Source: a virus
Taxonomy: Duplodnaviria > Caudoviricetes
Reading direction: 5' to 3' (one strand)
Length of the DNA stretch: 62,503 nt
Virus record (IMG/VR): IMGVR_UViG_3300047157_000129
Coordinates: 1-62,503 of that record
The notes beneath the pieces were generated by a model. That model was not told where the DNA came from. It did not search any database and worked only from the letters and a program-made list of their open reading frames with translations. Below are positions 60,202 through 62,503 of this stretch, in pieces (the first letter of the stretch is position 1; each line of letters starts with the position of its first letter). The position numbers and the translations under genes were made by a program.

Positions 60202-60600
60202 CTAAAGGCTGGCGCTATACTGTTCGATAACGTCAGCTAACTGTGAGAAGTCAAGCTTGCCGAGCGAGCTAGTGCCGTCGTTAAGCTCAACGATTGATGT
60301 GACAATACGCTTGCCATCACCATCACGGATAACAATCTGACCATGTGGCGTACCACATCCGCACCATCGGCAGACACACTCAGGTAGTACACCAGCGTCA
60401 GGCTCTGCTGTATGAGATGAACGCAACACGTTGTCGCCCATCTCTTGTTCATACAGACAGCACAACACACCGAGTGCATCATGTTTCTTGGCATGCTCAC
60501 GATGCGTGAAGATGCGCAAGAACTTCTTGCACTGTGTGTAATCACCTGACCGCAACGCACTGACCCATCGACTAGCAATATCGCTATTCATAACTATCAA
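60202..60600 (-). CDS. conserved phage hypothetical protein
   Basis: WVSALRSGDYTQ...LGVLC...LND...F..LADVIE motif; GGAG RBS. Confidence 0.75.
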   Translation of the reverse strand: MIVMNSDIASRWVSALRSGDYTQCKKFLRIFTHREHAKKHDALGVLCCLYEQEMGDNVLRSSHTAEPDAGVLPECVCRWCGCGTPHGQIVIRDGDGKRIVTSIVELNDGTSSLGKLDFSQLADVIEQYSASL

Positions 60601-60655
60601 TCTCCGTTAGTAAAAGAAGCAAGGCCAAGCAGTAACGCACTGCCTGACCCTTGCT

Positions 60656-60683
60656 ACATATAGAAAAACCCCTGTAAATATAG
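60656..60683 (-). promoter_or_regulatory. 28-bp early-region motif, copy B
   Basis: ACATATAGAAAA-acc-CCTGT-AAATA-TAG. Confidence 0.85.
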
Positions 60684-60685
60684 GG

Positions 60686-61024
60686 TTATTTGTTCTTTTT
60701 CTTTTTCTTCTTAGTTGGTTTAGTCTTGACAACAATTACGCCGTCATCCTGAACCTCTTCCACCTCCCTTCTACCTACGTGCTTGTAATACAGAACCATG
60801 ATGGGACGGAGGTCTCCGTCGTCATCTTTGACAAAGGATCCGTAGCTATCTAACTCATAGCAGTCAGTCCATTGCTTGTTACCAGACTCAACAGGGTCGG
60901 AACAATACCGTACGTCTGGTGGTTCATCCGTGAAGTACTTGTAACCACCATCTTCAGGCCCGCCTTGAACCTGCACACATACAGTCTCATTGTCAGGCCA
61001 ATCATCATGTGGTCGCTCGCTCAT
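60686..61024 (-). CDS. hypothetical early protein (GGPxDG motif, poly-Lys tail)
   Basis: ORF open to 61093; ATG 61024 or 61030 is the more plausible start. Confidence 0.6.
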   Translation of the reverse strand: MSERPHDDWPDNETVCVQVQGGPEDGGYKYFTDEPPDVRYCSDPVESGNKQWTDCYELDSYGSFVKDDDGDLRPIMVLYYKHVGRREVEEVQDDGVIVVKTKPTKKKKKKNK

Positions 61025-61436
61025 CAACATCTTCCTTTCCAGTTGCGTGTTCCAATCCCAATCCCCACATACCATTGTCAGGTATGTATCCATGTGCTAG
61101 CTCTGGCACTGGCTTGCCTGTAGATGAATCTACATTGATTGGCATGTCCTTGTACCAGTAGGTCTGCACTAACGCATCAGTACCACCATCATGCACAGTA
61201 ACGCGACGGTATCCATCACCCTCAATGGAATCTAAGTACGCTAGATGTTGCGGACTCAGCACAGGTAACAGAGCACCATCGACTTCACCATCCATGTGTG
61301 ATTCAAGACACACGTGGCGATTACCATACGCCTTGCGCACCTTGACAACGTGACGCAGGGTAGCCTTGCTATGACTACCATCATTCAAGATCCCATAGAC
61401 AAACAGATAGTCTGGGATCCTACTTACATCATCCAT
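61005..61436 (-). CDS. gamma-glutamylcyclotransferase (GGCT/AIG2-like)
   Basis: LFVYGIL, V.G.L, LAYLDSIEG..YRR..V, TYWY. Confidence 0.8.
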   Translation of the reverse strand: MDDVSRIPDYLFVYGILNDGSHSKATLRHVVKVRKAYGNRHVCLESHMDGEVDGALLPVLSPQHLAYLDSIEGDGYRRVTVHDGGTDALVQTYWYKDMPINVDSSTGKPVPELAHGYIPDNGMWGLGLEHATGKEDVDERATT

Positions 61437-61437
61437 A

Positions 61438-61500
61438 TCACTCTCCTCCTAGTAAGAGATAAACAACTCGAACAATCATCCAGATCACTTCCCAATTCAT
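61438..61500 (-). CDS. 20-aa hydrophobic peptide MNWEVIWMIVRVVYLLLGGE
   Basis: AAGGAGG RBS upstream; stop codon abuts the GGCT start. Confidence 0.5.
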   Translation of the reverse strand: MNWEVIWMIVRVVYLLLGGE

Positions 61501-61525
61501 AGCAAACCTCCTTGTTTACTGGGAC

Positions 61526-61553
61526 ACATATAGAAAAACGCCTATAAAAATAG
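61526..61553 (-). promoter_or_regulatory. 28-bp early-region motif, copy C
   Basis: ACATATAGAAAA-acg-CCTAT-AAAAA-TAG. Confidence 0.85.
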
Positions 61554-61611
61554 GGGTAAAGAACAATCCAACTCACCCAGCGCTGTCACCACTGGGCGGC
61601 TTGGATGGCTC

Positions 61612-61881
61612 TTAGTTGAAGTACTCAACAGCAGCATTCCATCCCTGCTTAGCCTTAGCTGCTGCATACTCACCATTCTCCGTGACCATGTACGCTACTC
61701 GTACCAGCACGGGACGCTGAGGCTCCTTCTTCGCAGTCCACAGATTGGACAGTGGCTCTCGCCTAGCCTCAACAGCCTCCTGCACTGACGGTACTACCTT
61801 ATTCATCAGCTTCTCGTAACCAGCCAGCGCACACCATCCACAGACGAACATCAAGCAAAACGCACTGCATACATATCTCAT
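61612..61881 (-). CDS. small membrane-anchored/secreted protein
   Basis: AGGAG RBS; hydrophobic N-terminus. Confidence 0.65.
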   Translation of the reverse strand: MRYVCSAFCLMFVCGWCALAGYEKLMNKVVPSVQEAVEARREPLSNLWTAKKEPQRPVLVRVAYMVTENGEYAAAKAKQGWNAAVEYFN

Positions 61882-61939
61882 AACTAACTCCTAAGAGAGA
61901 AACACAAAGGGAAGGACAGCAACCACAGTGTCACTGCCT

Positions 61940-61967
61940 ACATATAGAAAAGACCCTGTAAAAATAG
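61940..61967 (-). promoter_or_regulatory. 28-bp early-region motif, copy D
   Basis: ACATATAGAAAA-gac-CCTGT-AAAAA-TAG. Confidence 0.85.
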
Positions 61968-62031
61968 GGCTAATCAATCAACCCTCCATACACAGGCATA
62001 CACCTGCATACAGAGGGCTGTTTGACGAGTC

Positions 62032-62250
62032 CTACCAAGCCTCACCATCAACTGGCTCTACATATGGCAGACGCTCAGCTACACATGGCAATCCGTTAGG
62101 TCCAAGTATCAGTGAAGACTCAACCTCAACCGGACTGCAATCAAACCCACGTATGCGGGGATACTCAACACTCGCATCCACACCGTCTTCCTCAATGTGA
62201 GCAACAACTGCACGGGCAAGCATCGACATTGCTGATTCCATATCCATCAC
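62032..62250 (-). CDS. hypothetical early protein
   Basis: GGAG RBS; first gene of the leftward region. Confidence 0.6.
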   Translation of the reverse strand: MMDMESAMSMLARAVVAHIEEDGVDASVEYPRIRGFDCSPVEVESSLILGPNGLPCVAERLPYVEPVDGEAW

Positions 62251-62303
62251 GCATCTCCACAGCCAGTCAGCAGGTAACTCAACCGGCTACCTCGTTGCTG
62301 GCT

Positions 62304-62331
62304 ACATAGAGAAAACACACTGGGAAAATAG
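62304..62331 (-). promoter_or_regulatory. 28-bp early-region motif, copy E (divergent)
   Basis: ACATAGAGAAAA-cac-ACTGG-GAAAA-TAG aligns without gaps. Confidence 0.65.
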
Positions 62332-62376
62332 TGGTACAATGCACTGACTCAAGAGACATAAAAGAAATGATGGGAC

Positions 62377-62503
62377 GACTTGCAAATAAGGAGTTTTTTG
62401 CGTTTGTCACACATACGAACGTAAACATGACAGTTCTGCACACTAAAACAAGCGCATTACTCGAAGCACCCATTCCCCCTTTTTGGTTTCGCTTTATACT
62501 TAC
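62377..62503. repeat. 127-bp direct terminal repeat (right copy)
   Basis: Identical to 1-127. Confidence 0.95.

Noticed and set aside
58977-62331. CRISPR array
   Set aside because: Repeats are degenerate, separated by 0.3-1.7 kb containing genes, and no cas genes are present

Overview
The window is an apparently complete, circularly assembled ~62.4 kb tailed-phage genome; bases 1-127 are repeated exactly at 62377-62503. It looks podovirus-like: no tape-measure or tail-tube gene is recognisable and there are very large internal/ejection proteins. The + strand (1-54.6 kb) carries a head module (scaffold, major capsid, cement, TerS, TerL, portal), tail fibre/adaptor/nozzle genes and ejection proteins. 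It then carries a recombination-type DNA module (RecE-like exonuclease, ERF-like annealase, SF2 helicase, nucleases, SSB; no recognisable polymerase or primase), a second small structural block, a membrane/lipoprotein cluster built around a papain-like protease, and a sigma factor. The - strand (54.6-62.3 kb) is an early-type region with a serine recombinase, a GATase-II / two amidoligase-like / GGCT peptide-ligation cassette and a ParB-like gene. The most notable unexplained structures are: (i) a 28-bp motif repeated five times and flanked by G-U-rich RNA hairpins in the early region; (ii) an AGCCCA-N16-GACATAA promoter class that may belong to the phage sigma factor; (iii) a ~260-nt highly structured non-coding stretch with its own promoter inside the replication module; (iv) a candidate lysis module with a cysteine protease and no classical endolysin; (v) a dense cluster of frameshifts confined to the scaffold-capsid-cement genes, most likely an assembly artefact. 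A Planctomycetota-like host is my inference only. All family calls come from motif recognition by eye, not from database searches.
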